Notes under the pieces: generated by a model
Told to the model about the DNA's origin: nothing
Databases searched by the model: none
Seen by the model: only the letters and a program-made list of their open reading frames with translations
Made by a program: the position numbers and the translations under genes
Source: Polyangiaceae bacterium
GTDB taxonomy: Bacteria > Myxococcota_A > Polyangia > Polyangiales > Polyangiaceae
Reading direction: 5' to 3'
DNA: 64,000 nt
Assembly: GCA_016712345.1 (NCBI GenBank)
Contig: JADJRH010000002.1
Span: 200,466 to 264,465, forward strand
Shown: positions 19,174-29,295 of the stretch, one piece after another
Layout of the letters: each line of letters opens with the position of its first letter
Position numbering within the stretch: the first letter of the stretch is position 1

Positions 19174-22100
19174 ATGAACGTGCGAACGTCGTTTCCTTTA
19201 GGCAGCAATCAACGCGCGGCGAACAAGCCACCCTTGCGGCTGACTTGGTTCGCGCCGTGGGTGTTTCTGATCATCCTTTCAATCACACAAGGCGCCTGCA
19301 CCTGCATCACAAGCGAGGCGCCGCCCCCGCGCGAAATCGTCGCATGTGTACCCCAACACGAAACGCGCGCTACCAAACTTCCAACCTCCCGCGCAAGTGA
19401 AACCGCCGCCGCCGGTAGCCTGCAAGGGACATTCTCTGTCACCCCTACCGGTGAAGCTTCTTTTGTCGTTCCTATACCCACGCCACCGGGTAGAGCCGGG
19501 ATAGAGCCACGGGTAGCCCTCGCCTATAACAGCGCCGAGGGCGACGGTGTAGCGGGTCAAGGCTTTTCGCTCTCGGGTTCATCGGCGATCACGCGTTGCC
19601 CTAAGAACATGGCCCAAGATGGGGAGATCTGCGCCGTCCGGTATGACGCCGAGGATAAACTCTGTTTGGATGGTCAACCGCTTGTACAAGTCGCCGAAGA
19701 AACCGGACAACTGGAATACCGGACCTTACCCGACACCTTTGTGAAAGTGGTAGGTCATGCGCCGATCGCAGGCGTTCCGCAATGGTTTGAAGTGTTCGCT
19801 CCGAATGGCGTGATCACCGAGTATGGTAGAAGCGCCTCAACAAGACCGCGCGGACCCAACAATTCTACCCGCGCTTGGTTAGCCGCCAAAACCCACGACG
19901 GCCGCGGCAATGCGTTGATCTACGGGTATTGTTTCGCCAATGCCGAAGAGTACACCGCTGAGTACGCATTGGATGAAATTCGGTATACCCAATTTGACGG
20001 GACACCCGCCCTTGAACCGACACGGGCCGTCAAGTTTGTGTACGCGCAACGCAAGCCCGACCAAACGAGGCTTTCTTTTTCGCATGGAATGGTCGTTCAA
20101 CGCTCTTTACAACTCAACGAGATCCAAATGGTCGGCCCCGGTGAAGAATTGGTCACATGGGTGGACCTGGAGTACACAAAGAGTGAAGCCACCGGCCGCA
20201 CCTTACTCACAAAAATGGAAGAATGCGCTGCGGATGGAGTCTGTAAACCCGTTACGCTTTTTTCATACTCCACCCATGAAAAAGGCTTTATCGATCAATC
20301 TACCGAACTCGATTCGCCCACGTCCCGCAAGGCAAGCCCAATGCTTGTGGACATGGACGGCGATGGGCTTGACGATGTGTTAATCCCTGACACGCATCCC
20401 GCCCTTTCTACCCCTGCAAACCCGATCACAGAATGGCGGCTTTTCCACAATGGCACCTTGCCCGGTGAAAGTGTCACCTTTTCAGATCTGACCATTCCTT
20501 ACGTTCAAGATGACGTGTTTGTGGCCGATCCCAGCGGTCCCGCCGACCCTACCCAACTACAGCCCGAACTTGGAACGGTGCTTGATTACAACCAAGACGG
20601 CCGAAAAGATATCCTTCTCCATGACATCTACCAACAGGGGGCAACATGGAAGATTTTGATCGCCAAACCCGCCCCTCAAGCCGGACCCAACACCCCCACG
20701 TTTGAGATGGTAGATACAGGGATCGCTCGCCCCTTTGGCATCGGCGCCCAACCTGTACCACCTGCGTTGTCTACCAAAAACGGCTCCATGCACTTGGCCG
20801 ACGTCGACGGCAATCGCGTGGCCGACTTGATCCAATGCACCGATCACAGTGACTCGCTCACCGGTGACCCTTCTAAACCTGAATGGAAGGTGCACCGATG
20901 GTTGCCCGCGCACGGGGGTATACCTCTTGGATTTGACCCGGAAGGAGAAGTGATCGAAGCGCTCGAATTATACCGATGCGACGTCGACCTGAAAACGGTT
21001 GACATCGACGGAGACGGAAAAACAAATCTTCTTGTCGTGCCGCTTGAAGTGGCAGGTGATGGATCTGAAATTCAGGGCGTAAATTACGAAGCGCTTTCCC
21101 GCAACGAAAACGGCACGTGGGAAATTCGCGAAACAAACCTAACCATTCCCGCCCCAGGTGGACGCGTTGTATTTCTCGATGTGAACGGGGATGGTCTACC
21201 CGATGCAGTAGAGTCAGGTTTTTCGAACGGCGGGCTTTATACACTCCTCAACACCGGCAACGGCTTTGCACCCTCGCAGCTCAGTTTGGATGGTGGCGGT
21301 TACGGCGGGCAGGATGCGCTTTTCCGCTTTGCAACCCCAATCGACGCCAACGGAGACGGCAGGCAAGATCTTTTGGTGCCCATGTTCGCCGATGGACTCG
21401 GCGCCAGTGGTGAACCGCCCGAGTGGGTGTTTCTCATCGCACAACCGGGCATCCAATCGACGGGCACGTTCACCATCGAACCATCGGGCATTCCCTTTAA
21501 GCCGCTTTTGGGTGAAGCGGTCACTCTCGCCGATCCTCACGGGCCGCGCATCGGCGATCTGAACGGCGATGGAGCTTCGGATGTTGCCATTTGGTTGAGT
21601 GGCAAGCTCCACATTTTCGAAAATCAAGCGCGCGATCAAGACCTGTTGATCGGTGTACACCAAGGAACCAACCCGCATGATCCTACCGATCCTGAATATG
21701 TGCCCGACGTGGCCATTTCGTATGGCCATCTGACAGACTCTTCTATCACGACCAACACCGATCCAGATGCTTTGTCCAATGAGAGCGCGCTCTACCTTTC
21801 GCAATGGGACAAGGCCAATGGGTGCACCTACCCGCGACGGTGCAGCGTTGGCGCGCGCCGCGTTGTTTCGGAGTATCAGACGTTCGACGGGGTAGATGCT
21901 GGGCGCCGGTATAGCTTGCGGTACCGCGATGGACGGATATTCGTTGCACAGGGCTTTTTTGGGGTTCGGTGCGCGGTTTCTGACCGACCTCGACACCGGA
22001 GCGATCACCGCTGACTTTTTTGATAACCAGTCGTTTGACGCCACGTTTCAGACCTACCCATTTGCAAAGGTCCGATCGGCCCAATGGCGATCTACACCCG

Positions 22101-25100
22101 GTTGGGAAGGGTTGCCCGATCCTCAAAAGGTAGAACTGTCGTTTCTAAACACGACACGCCTTGTCGTGCCCACGAACAACAGCAAAACCTATTTCACGCT
22201 CACCACAGAAAACCGTTTGCGCCGAGCGCAAGGCGAATTTGACGCTACGGCGCAAGGGTCGAGTTTGCTGGAGTACACCCGAAGCGTTGAAAATGGTGCG
22301 GCAAACGTCCCCATCTTGCGCGACACAACCGCCAAGGTCACCAACTTCGACGACGTTGGAAATGTGCTTTCTGAAACGTCCGCGACGGTAGATGTCAACC
22401 TGACAACCACCATCGAGCGTACGGTAAAAAACGACGTTGATACCTGGAATCTTGGCCAAGTCACGCAGCAAAAAGAGTGCAGCGCGGCGAATGGGTTGAC
22501 GCAGTGTCGATCCATCCAACGATCGTTTACCCCTTACGGGGAGGTTGCGGGCGAAACGGTACAGGATGAAGCCGATCCCACAACGCGGATTGAGGTCAGT
22601 TACGGGCGCGACCATCATGGAAATGTGACCTCCCTCAGCGCGAAAGATCCCAAAGGCGCCGAACGCACCTCCACGATTACGTACGATTCAACTGGGCTCT
22701 ACCCTCGCGAACATACCAACCCGGCCGGCCATGTCACACGCACCGAGTTTGATCCACGGCTTGGCGTCGTGACCCGAATCACTGACGCAAATGGGCTTGT
22801 GACTGAGCATCAGGTAGATGGTTTCGGGCGCCTGACATTGAAAAAGCGCCCCGATGGTACAAGTACAAGTTTCACCATTACTCGCACGAGAGACGGGGCA
22901 CACAACCAGAACGCCTGGCGCATTCGCGAACGGACGATCGAAACAGGAGGGCAGGACGAAGAGATCGAACGCGACGCTTTCGGTCGAGTGGTTCAACATT
23001 GGTGGTATGGTCCGACACCGGAAGGTCAAACCAACGCGCCGCGGATCACGCAACGATTCGAATATGATCGGTTGACGGGTAGAGTCGCCCGAAGGTCAAT
23101 CCCCATGCGCGAGGATGCCGCGCCCAACAAAGTCGAATGGGATGAGTTTGTCACCGACGGGTTAGGCCGCGAGGTCAAACGCACCACGGCTTTCGGCGCC
23201 ACCACGGAAACGGAGTTTGATGGACTGACCATCAAGACGACCGATCCGCTTGGAAACGTGAGCATCGCAGAAAACGACGCCTTGGGTAGAAAGATCGCCG
23301 TCACCGACGCCGCCAACGGCGTTACGGTGTACACCTACGGGCCCTTTGGAAAGTTAACCAAAGTCACCGGACCCGACGGTGCAACCACGCTCACCACATT
23401 CGATGCGATGGGTAGACCGGTTGAAACGGTAGACCCCGACAAGGGAGGCACTCAACAAACCTACAACGCCTTTGGTGAGCTGGTTTCATTGGTAGACGCC
23501 CTCGGAAATGAAACCACCTTTGAACGTGATCCGCTCGGTCGAGTGACGAAGCGCCTCGACGATTTGGGCGCTACCACCGAAATCACAACGTGGACATTTG
23601 ACACGGCCCCGAACGGAAAAGGGAAGATCCACCATGTAAAGAGTATCGATGCAGAAAAAACGTACACCTATGATAAATTGGGAAGGGTAGAAAGTGTCAG
23701 CCTGGAGGTGACGGGGAACGGGCCCGCGATAACAGGAAAGATCGGTTATGATCTCTTCGGCCGCGTCGAAACCCTGACCTACCCAACGGCAAAGAGCAGC
23801 GTACCTTTTGCAGTCGTCCAAGACTACGACGCGCACGGGTTTACCCGTAAGGTGCGCGACCGAAACATCGATCTCACCTATTGGCAGTTGACCGGGGTGG
23901 ACGACGCCGGCAGGTTTGCGCAGGAACAAATGGGCAATGGAGTTTCTACTACCCATCGAACCTATTTCGCCGCGCAGCAAAGGCTAAGAAACATCACCAC
24001 AGAAAACGCGGCCGGTTTGGTGCAAAGTTTGGAGTTTGAATGGGATGCTCGCCTAAACCTGAAAAGCCGCACCGATGATTTGCAGCCACAACACACCACC
24101 GAACGATTCAGGTACGACGCCCTTGAGCGGCTAACGTGCTCGTATTTCTCGACGCAAGAAGATGTTTCGGCGCCTTGCGATTGGAGTTACCAATACGCGC
24201 CGAACGGCAACTTGACATACAAGTCCGACGTGGGCACGCTGGAGTATAACGATCCTACCCATCCTCACGGTGCCACCGCGGCCGGAGGGGCAGCATACCA
24301 ATACGACGCCACCGGCAACCAAACGGCTCGCCCCGTGGGGGTGAAGGTTGCGTACACCGCGTTTGATCTACCCAGAACGATCACCCAACCGAGCGGAGTG
24401 ATCTCGTTTGGATATGACGGCGACCAAAAACGTGTACGCAAGACAACCGCAACGCACGAAACGCTTTATTTCGCCGACCTGTATGAACGGATGAAAGACG
24501 CCGCGAACGCGCTCACCGAGCGATTTTATGTGCGCTCGCCTGAACGCGTGATCGCGATTGTCACCCGCGGAGGCAATCAACCGGGCACAATGTATGTGCA
24601 CGCCGACCACTTGGGATCGGTGGATGTACTCACCGATGCCGATGGGAAGGTCACCGAGCGGCGCAGTTACGACGCCTTTGGCCAAAGGCGAAATCCCGAG
24701 TGGGGCGCCCCAATACCCGCGAGCTTTCCTGACTCGACATCGCTTGGTTATACCGGCCACGAAGATGATGGAGAGATCGGTTTAGTCAACATGAAAGGAC
24801 GGATGTTTGATCCCAAGTTGGGTAGGTTTTTGAGCACCGACCCGATTGTGCAGGATTGGACATTTAGCCAAGCGTGGAACCCTTACAGCTACGTTTTCAA
24901 TAATCCGTTGACCTATACCGATCCAAGCGGATTTGACGGCGAACCCAAGCGTGAGCCGGGCGTGGTGTACATGCCGGAGGCAAATATCAAGGTGCCAGTC
25001 CCGACGAACGGGACCGCGCCACCCAAGGAGGACAAGCCCAAAGAAGAGAAGAAACACGGCGTGGGTGAAGGCGAAAACGATGTCAACACCACCGGGTTGA

Positions 25101-25774
25101 TCACCCCATTGGTTGACGCGGACGAAGAAGGGGAAGACGATCAACCGTGGTATCACCATCCCATCGCGCATGGGATCATCGGATTTGGCGCGGGGCTTGG
25201 ACTTGGCTATGTCCCCTTTGCTGGAATAACGGAGGAAATTCTAGAAAAAGCGCACGTACTGAATCCAGTCTCCCCGACGTATCACTATGCCAAGTCGGCG
25301 GGCATGAGCATTGGAGGGCTGATCGCCATGCTCCAGGGCTTTAATGAAATTGCGGGAGCTGTGATGCTCGCTCCCGAAATCGGTCCAGGCGGAACCGTGG
25401 CCATTTCTAACATGGCATTGGCCCAAGTGTCAGGTGGTGCACTGAATGTATACGCCGGCACGCAAGCGATGATGTCCGGGCCGAACGGACGGCAGAGCGC
25501 TGGGCCGTCCGCCACTCGCGGTGAAACTCCGGCCGCGCGTGCGGGCCGCGAAGCTCACAAGAATTGGAATCCAGGAAACGGTTTTGAAAAGGAGTTTCGA
25601 TTGCCGAGCGGTAAACGACCGGATGCGGTAAACTTCGAAACGAAAGAGGTGTTGGAATTGAAACCAAACAACCCGGAGGCAATTCGAAAAGGCGAAGCTC
25701 AACTCCGGGAATATGTTGATGAGTTGAATAAGCATTTTGGCGGTGGATTCACCGGTCGCGTAGTTACGTATTAA
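19174..25774 (+). CDS. Rhs/YD-repeat polymorphic toxin (~2200 aa) with a C-terminal PD-(D/E)xK nuclease-like tip. The reading frame is broken by a 1-nt indel in a T6 run at 21955-21960.
   Basis: Track ORFs 19174..22014 and 21896..25774 overlap. Removing one T from GGGCTTTTTTGGGG joins ...RIFVAQGF to LGFGARFLTDLD... The N-terminus is SpvB/TcC-like with FG-GAP-type Ca-binding repeats (DMDGDGLDDV, DVDGNRVADL, DIDGDGKTNL, DVNGDGLPDA, DANGDGRQDL, DLNGDGASDV). These are followed by many YD repeats and an RHS core (GRMFDPKLGRFLSTDPI). The tip carries ...RPDAVNFETKEVLELK... (PD..ExK). Confidence 0.85.
24448..24975. repeat. Rhs core segment duplicated in inverted orientation at 4925-5436.
   Basis: See the paired repeat feature. 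The boundaries are where the main and orphan sequences diverge. Confidence 0.75.
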
Positions 25775-25784
25775 AGGAGGCCCC

Positions 25785-26243
25785 GTGAAATCGGATGCTG
25801 TCAGCATGGCCCTTTCAGATCTTGTGGTCGCCGCTGGGTTCGTGAGGAAGCGAGACACATGGTATCGCGCGACCGAGGATCTCATTCAAGTGCTGAATGT
25901 TCAGAAGTCCCGGTATGGTCAACAATACTATTTGAATCTTGGGATATGGCTAAAGCCCTTGGGAGAGGTGCAGTTTCCGAAAGAGAATGTATGCCATGTG
26001 CGCATTAGGGCCCGGCAACTCGACGAGGCGACCCGCGCCGAGTTTGAAAAATGTCTGGACTTGGACAGTGGTATCACCCCAGAAGAACGCGAAAACCAGA
26101 TCCGCCGATTGGTTGACGACGTTGTCCTGCCGTTTTTCGCAAGATGCGAGTCCATTGCGCAAATCCGACAAGTGTACAACTCGGGTGTGCTGAAACGAGC
26201 CGCCGTTTTGAGTACCGCACAAGAGTTTTTGACGGGTCAATGA
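25785..26243 (+). CDS. Putative immunity protein for the Rhs PD-(D/E)xK tip.
   Basis: GTG start 5 nt after a perfect SD (AAGGAGG) that overlaps the Rhs stop. Local GC is lower (~52%) than the surrounding sequence. 152 aa, no named family recognised. Confidence 0.6.
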   Translation: MKSDAVSMALSDLVVAAGFVRKRDTWYRATEDLIQVLNVQKSRYGQQYYLNLGIWLKPLGEVQFPKENVCHVRIRARQLDEATRAEFEKCLDLDSGITPEERENQIRRLVDDVVLPFFARCESIAQIRQVYNSGVLKRAAVLSTAQEFLTGQ

Positions 26244-26508
26244 GGCCCTGAGTTGAAGGTTCGCAAGTTCCAACAACCGGTGAACCAATGGGTAGAACGC
26301 ATTCGCCCGCGAGGTGAGGCACACTCTACTGGATGACTTTTCTTGGTTCATGCAACCACTCAAACTATACTAACCTGTTTGAGACAGTAGACTGTCTCGG
26401 CTCGACTTCCAAGTCAGCATCGTCGGGTTGGTTGGCCCATTTTCGAGGCGCGGTAGGAAAATGAGTAAGAGCGAGAATCATTGGTAAGTCGCTGGAATAG
26501 GCGCAGAA

Positions 26509-26982
26509 GTGAGGCGCAGAACGAGGCCGTCCAAATGGGTACTTTTCATCGCGATATTGGGGACCGTATTGCTTGTTGGGGCGGTCGAATTGTACAAGGA
26601 ATGGGGTGGCCCACCTTTGGGGGTGGGTAAGATCGGGCCAGTGTCGATCTTGATCGGCTCGGTCGTTCTACCGGGCTTGATCCTTGTGCCGGTTTTCGGG
26701 TTTGTTAAATGGCGCGCAGCGAAAGCGCACCCAGCAACTCGGTTCAGCTTACCCGACGCAACGGGCAAAGACCATTCGCTCTCGCGGCAGAGTCATATTG
26801 GTATGGGTGCTGTGTATTGGGGTCTTTATTGCGATCTATCAGATTTTTCAGCCCCAGAAAAAACGCGCACCCGCGGGCTCACCTACCCATTCGGGTGCAA
26901 CTCGCAGCAGGTAACTTTTTCCGGTAAGACCGTAAACGCACATGAGCGTCGTTCATTCGTTGCACAATCGGCGCAAACCTAA
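26509..26982 (+). CDS. Small hypothetical membrane protein, possibly frameshifted.
   Basis: The first half is TM-like. A second TM-like segment (RVILVWVLCIGVFIAIYQIF) is encoded in the +1 frame (ORF 26684..26914). An A6 run at ~26862 is nearby. Confidence 0.35.
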   Translation: MRRRTRPSKWVLFIAILGTVLLVGAVELYKEWGGPPLGVGKIGPVSILIGSVVLPGLILVPVFGFVKWRAAKAHPATRFSLPDATGKDHSLSRQSHIGMGAVYWGLYCDLSDFSAPEKTRTRGLTYPFGCNSQQVTFSGKTVNAHERRSFVAQSAQT

Positions 26983-26992
26983 TTGCGCAATT
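26981..26992. promoter_or_regulatory. Perfect 12-bp palindrome AATTGCGCAATT, ~65 bp upstream of the 27058 gene and the MoxR/VWA/MVP cluster.
   Basis: Seen in sequence. A candidate dimeric-regulator operator. Confidence 0.25.
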
Positions 26993-27057
26993 GGTGATCA
27001 CTTGCTGCGCGGGCCTCAATTCCAACGGGTCTACAGCTTCGGCACGCCGCGTGCCAT

Positions 27058-28176
27058 GTGAAGGGCATGTTCAAGAGCGCGTGGGTAGGTTTGGCGGCGG
27101 CGGCCCTTTGGGGATGTTCGAGCGGTGTGGGGTGGCTGCCTGAAAACCACGGTGGGGGAGGGCAGGGCGGTGAAGAAGGTTCAGGTACGGGAGTTCCTTC
27201 GACATCTTCGGGAAAAGGTGGCTCGCCTGAACATACAACCTCCAGTTCATCGAGCGGTCAGGGAGGTACAACCACCGGGTCCACGACCGGTTCTACTTCG
27301 TCCACGGGGGTGACAACAAGCTCCGGCACTACGAGCACGGGAACTGGAAATCAAGGCGAATCGTGCGCAGGTACGGTGCCTCAGGTTCCCGGTTGTTATT
27401 GGGAACCTGTCTGCCCAAACGCGCCTCTTGCCGACAGTGATAATTCATATTCCCAAAACATGTGGCTCTCGGCCGCTCTTGAAGCTACCAAACGCCGCTA
27501 CCCATCGGCCAACTGCCTCTTTGACATGTACGCAAGCGATGTTGGAAACTACGCTGATAAGTGGGATTTCGGGTCACTCTGCGAGTCGATGATGACCATG
27601 ATGCATGAAGAGACGCATGGGTATGATTACGAGCACGCGCTCGGAAACAACCACTTTTCGTATTTTATTACGTGTGACCTTACGCTTGAAACGCCATGGC
27701 TTGACGGTTTTCCCCGGAGCGAAATCTTACCCCTGGTAGAAGGAAATTCTACCAACTTGTACGACGGCACCTACCTCACAGGCACGCAGGGAACATACGG
27801 TTTTGTAGAACTGCTCGACGAGTGGAACGCATATCTCAATGGCATGGCTGCCATTGGCATTGTAGGCGATTACGTGCCCGCGTTTGGAATCAGTGGGACC
27901 GACGGGGCACTCGCATTGGCCTATTACGTGGAGCTTTACCTTCGCGTTGCGCGAACTTCGTACCCGTCCACCTACTCTGCCATTAAAAACGACACGGACT
28001 TTACAAATCTCCTTCGTTTGCAGTGGAATCGCATGCACTTTTTCTTGGAAATCGCCGACCAATATCCAAAGCTATCCATTCAGGCCGACAATATTCGAGA
28101 GCTTGTGTACGCACCTGACAACCAAGAAGAACTTGAATTGCTGCTTGGCCCTCTCACGGCCGACGCATGCAACTAA
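27058..28176 (+). CDS. Secreted lipoprotein with a HExxH (HEETH) zinc-metallopeptidase-like motif.
   Basis: Lipobox (ALWGCSS), a long Gly/Ser/Thr-rich linker, then MMHEETHGYDYEHALGNNH. Confidence 0.55.
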   Translation: MKGMFKSAWVGLAAAALWGCSSGVGWLPENHGGGGQGGEEGSGTGVPSTSSGKGGSPEHTTSSSSSGQGGTTTGSTTGSTSSTGVTTSSGTTSTGTGNQGESCAGTVPQVPGCYWEPVCPNAPLADSDNSYSQNMWLSAALEATKRRYPSANCLFDMYASDVGNYADKWDFGSLCESMMTMMHEETHGYDYEHALGNNHFSYFITCDLTLETPWLDGFPRSEILPLVEGNSTNLYDGTYLTGTQGTYGFVELLDEWNAYLNGMAAIGIVGDYVPAFGISGTDGALALAYYVELYLRVARTSYPSTYSAIKNDTDFTNLLRLQWNRMHFFLEIADQYPKLSIQADNIRELVYAPDNQEELELLLGPLTADACN

Positions 28177-28239
28177 ACCACATTGGGAACTCAACTTGCC
28201 CGTAGCCGTACCGAAAGCGTTGAGCTATAAGCTGGGCGA

Positions 28240-29295
28240 ATGTTGTCGCTCACCCCCACTGAACTGGTAGAACTGCTCCTGTCGCTGCCGGCTGAGCGCA
28301 CACCGTTTATTTGGGGGCCCCCCGGCATTGGCAAAAGCGCCCTCGTGCGTGAGGCGGCAGACCTGTTGGAGCTTCCGTGTGTTACCCTTTTGGGTACCCA
28401 AATCGCACCTGAAGATCTCATCGGCGTGCCCCGCATTCGCAACATGGGTGAAAGTTACGTCACCGAGTTTTGTCCACCGCGCGCCATCCTTCGGACAGAG
28501 CCGTTTTTGCTTTTTATCGATGAGCTGAACAGCGCGGTTCCAGATGTTCAAAAAGCGTTCTACTCCCTTATTCTCGACAGGAGATTGGGGGATTACGTTC
28601 TACCCACCGGCTCGCGTGTTGTGGCCGCCGGCAACCGGGTAGAAGATCGCGCGCTTGTAAGGCCCATGGCCACGGCGCTTTCCAATCGCATGGTGCATGT
28701 GGCGCTCGCGCCCGACGCAAATGCCTGGCTTTCGTGGGGTGCTACCAACGGTGTACACGCGCTCGTGCTTGCGTTTGTTCGCGCCCGGCCCGACCGTTTG
28801 TTTGAGCCTCCCCCCACCGATTCTACCCCTGCCTACCCAACTCCGCGCGCATGGCACATGCTTTCCGACGCGTTATTTGTGGTGGGTGAACACCTGTGGG
28901 CCGCGCTTGCCGCAGGATCGGTGGGTGACCGCGCCGGGGCTGAGTTTTCGGCGTTTGCCAAACGCGCACTGGAGGCCCCCTCGCTTGAATCGCTGGCGGC
29001 CGGAAAAGCCTCGGTTCCTCGCGATCCAGAACTCATTTATTTTCTCGGTGCAAGTTGCATTGCCAAACTCGCATCTTCCCATCCTTCCGATGGTGAACTC
29101 TGTGCCAAAGTGGTTTCTTTACTGGGGGCAGCCTCCAAAGAAGTAGCCGTTTGGACGGTGGACACAGCGCTGGGTAGAAAGGACAAAACGGTGGCCCTCA
29201 CCGCGTTTGAAAACTACGTCCGCACCAGCGGATCGCAGGTGCTTGTTGACGTGATTCGGCTTGGTCGCTACGCGCGTGATCCGGCGCCGCGATGA
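28240..29295 (+). CDS. MoxR/CbbQ/NorQ-type AAA+ ATPase.
   Basis: Walker A (GPPGIGKS), Walker B (LLFIDELN) and sensor (AAGN) motifs are present. The ~350 aa size is typical of the Q-type partners of VWA proteins. Confidence 0.85.
   Translation: MLSLTPTELVELLLSLPAERTPFIWGPPGIGKSALVREAADLLELPCVTLLGTQIAPEDLIGVPRIRNMGESYVTEFCPPRAILRTEPFLLFIDELNSAVPDVQKAFYSLILDRRLGDYVLPTGSRVVAAGNRVEDRALVRPMATALSNRMVHVALAPDANAWLSWGATNGVHALVLAFVRARPDRLFEPPPTDSTPAYPTPRAWHMLSDALFVVGEHLWAALAAGSVGDRAGAEFSAFAKRALEAPSLESLAAGKASVPRDPELIYFLGASCIAKLASSHPSDGELCAKVVSLLGAASKEVAVWTVDTALGRKDKTVALTAFENYVRTSGSQVLVDVIRLGRYARDPAPR

Noticed and set aside
19174-25774. Treating 19174..22014 and 21896..25774 as two genes.
   Set aside because: Rhs-type sequence similarity runs straight across the junction. 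A single-T change in a T6 tract fuses them.
26381-26398. Hairpin GAGACAGT-AG-ACTGTCTC after the Rhs immunity gene, considered as a terminator.
   Set aside because: The loop is too tight (2 nt) as drawn and there is no U-tract. It is kept only as a note.
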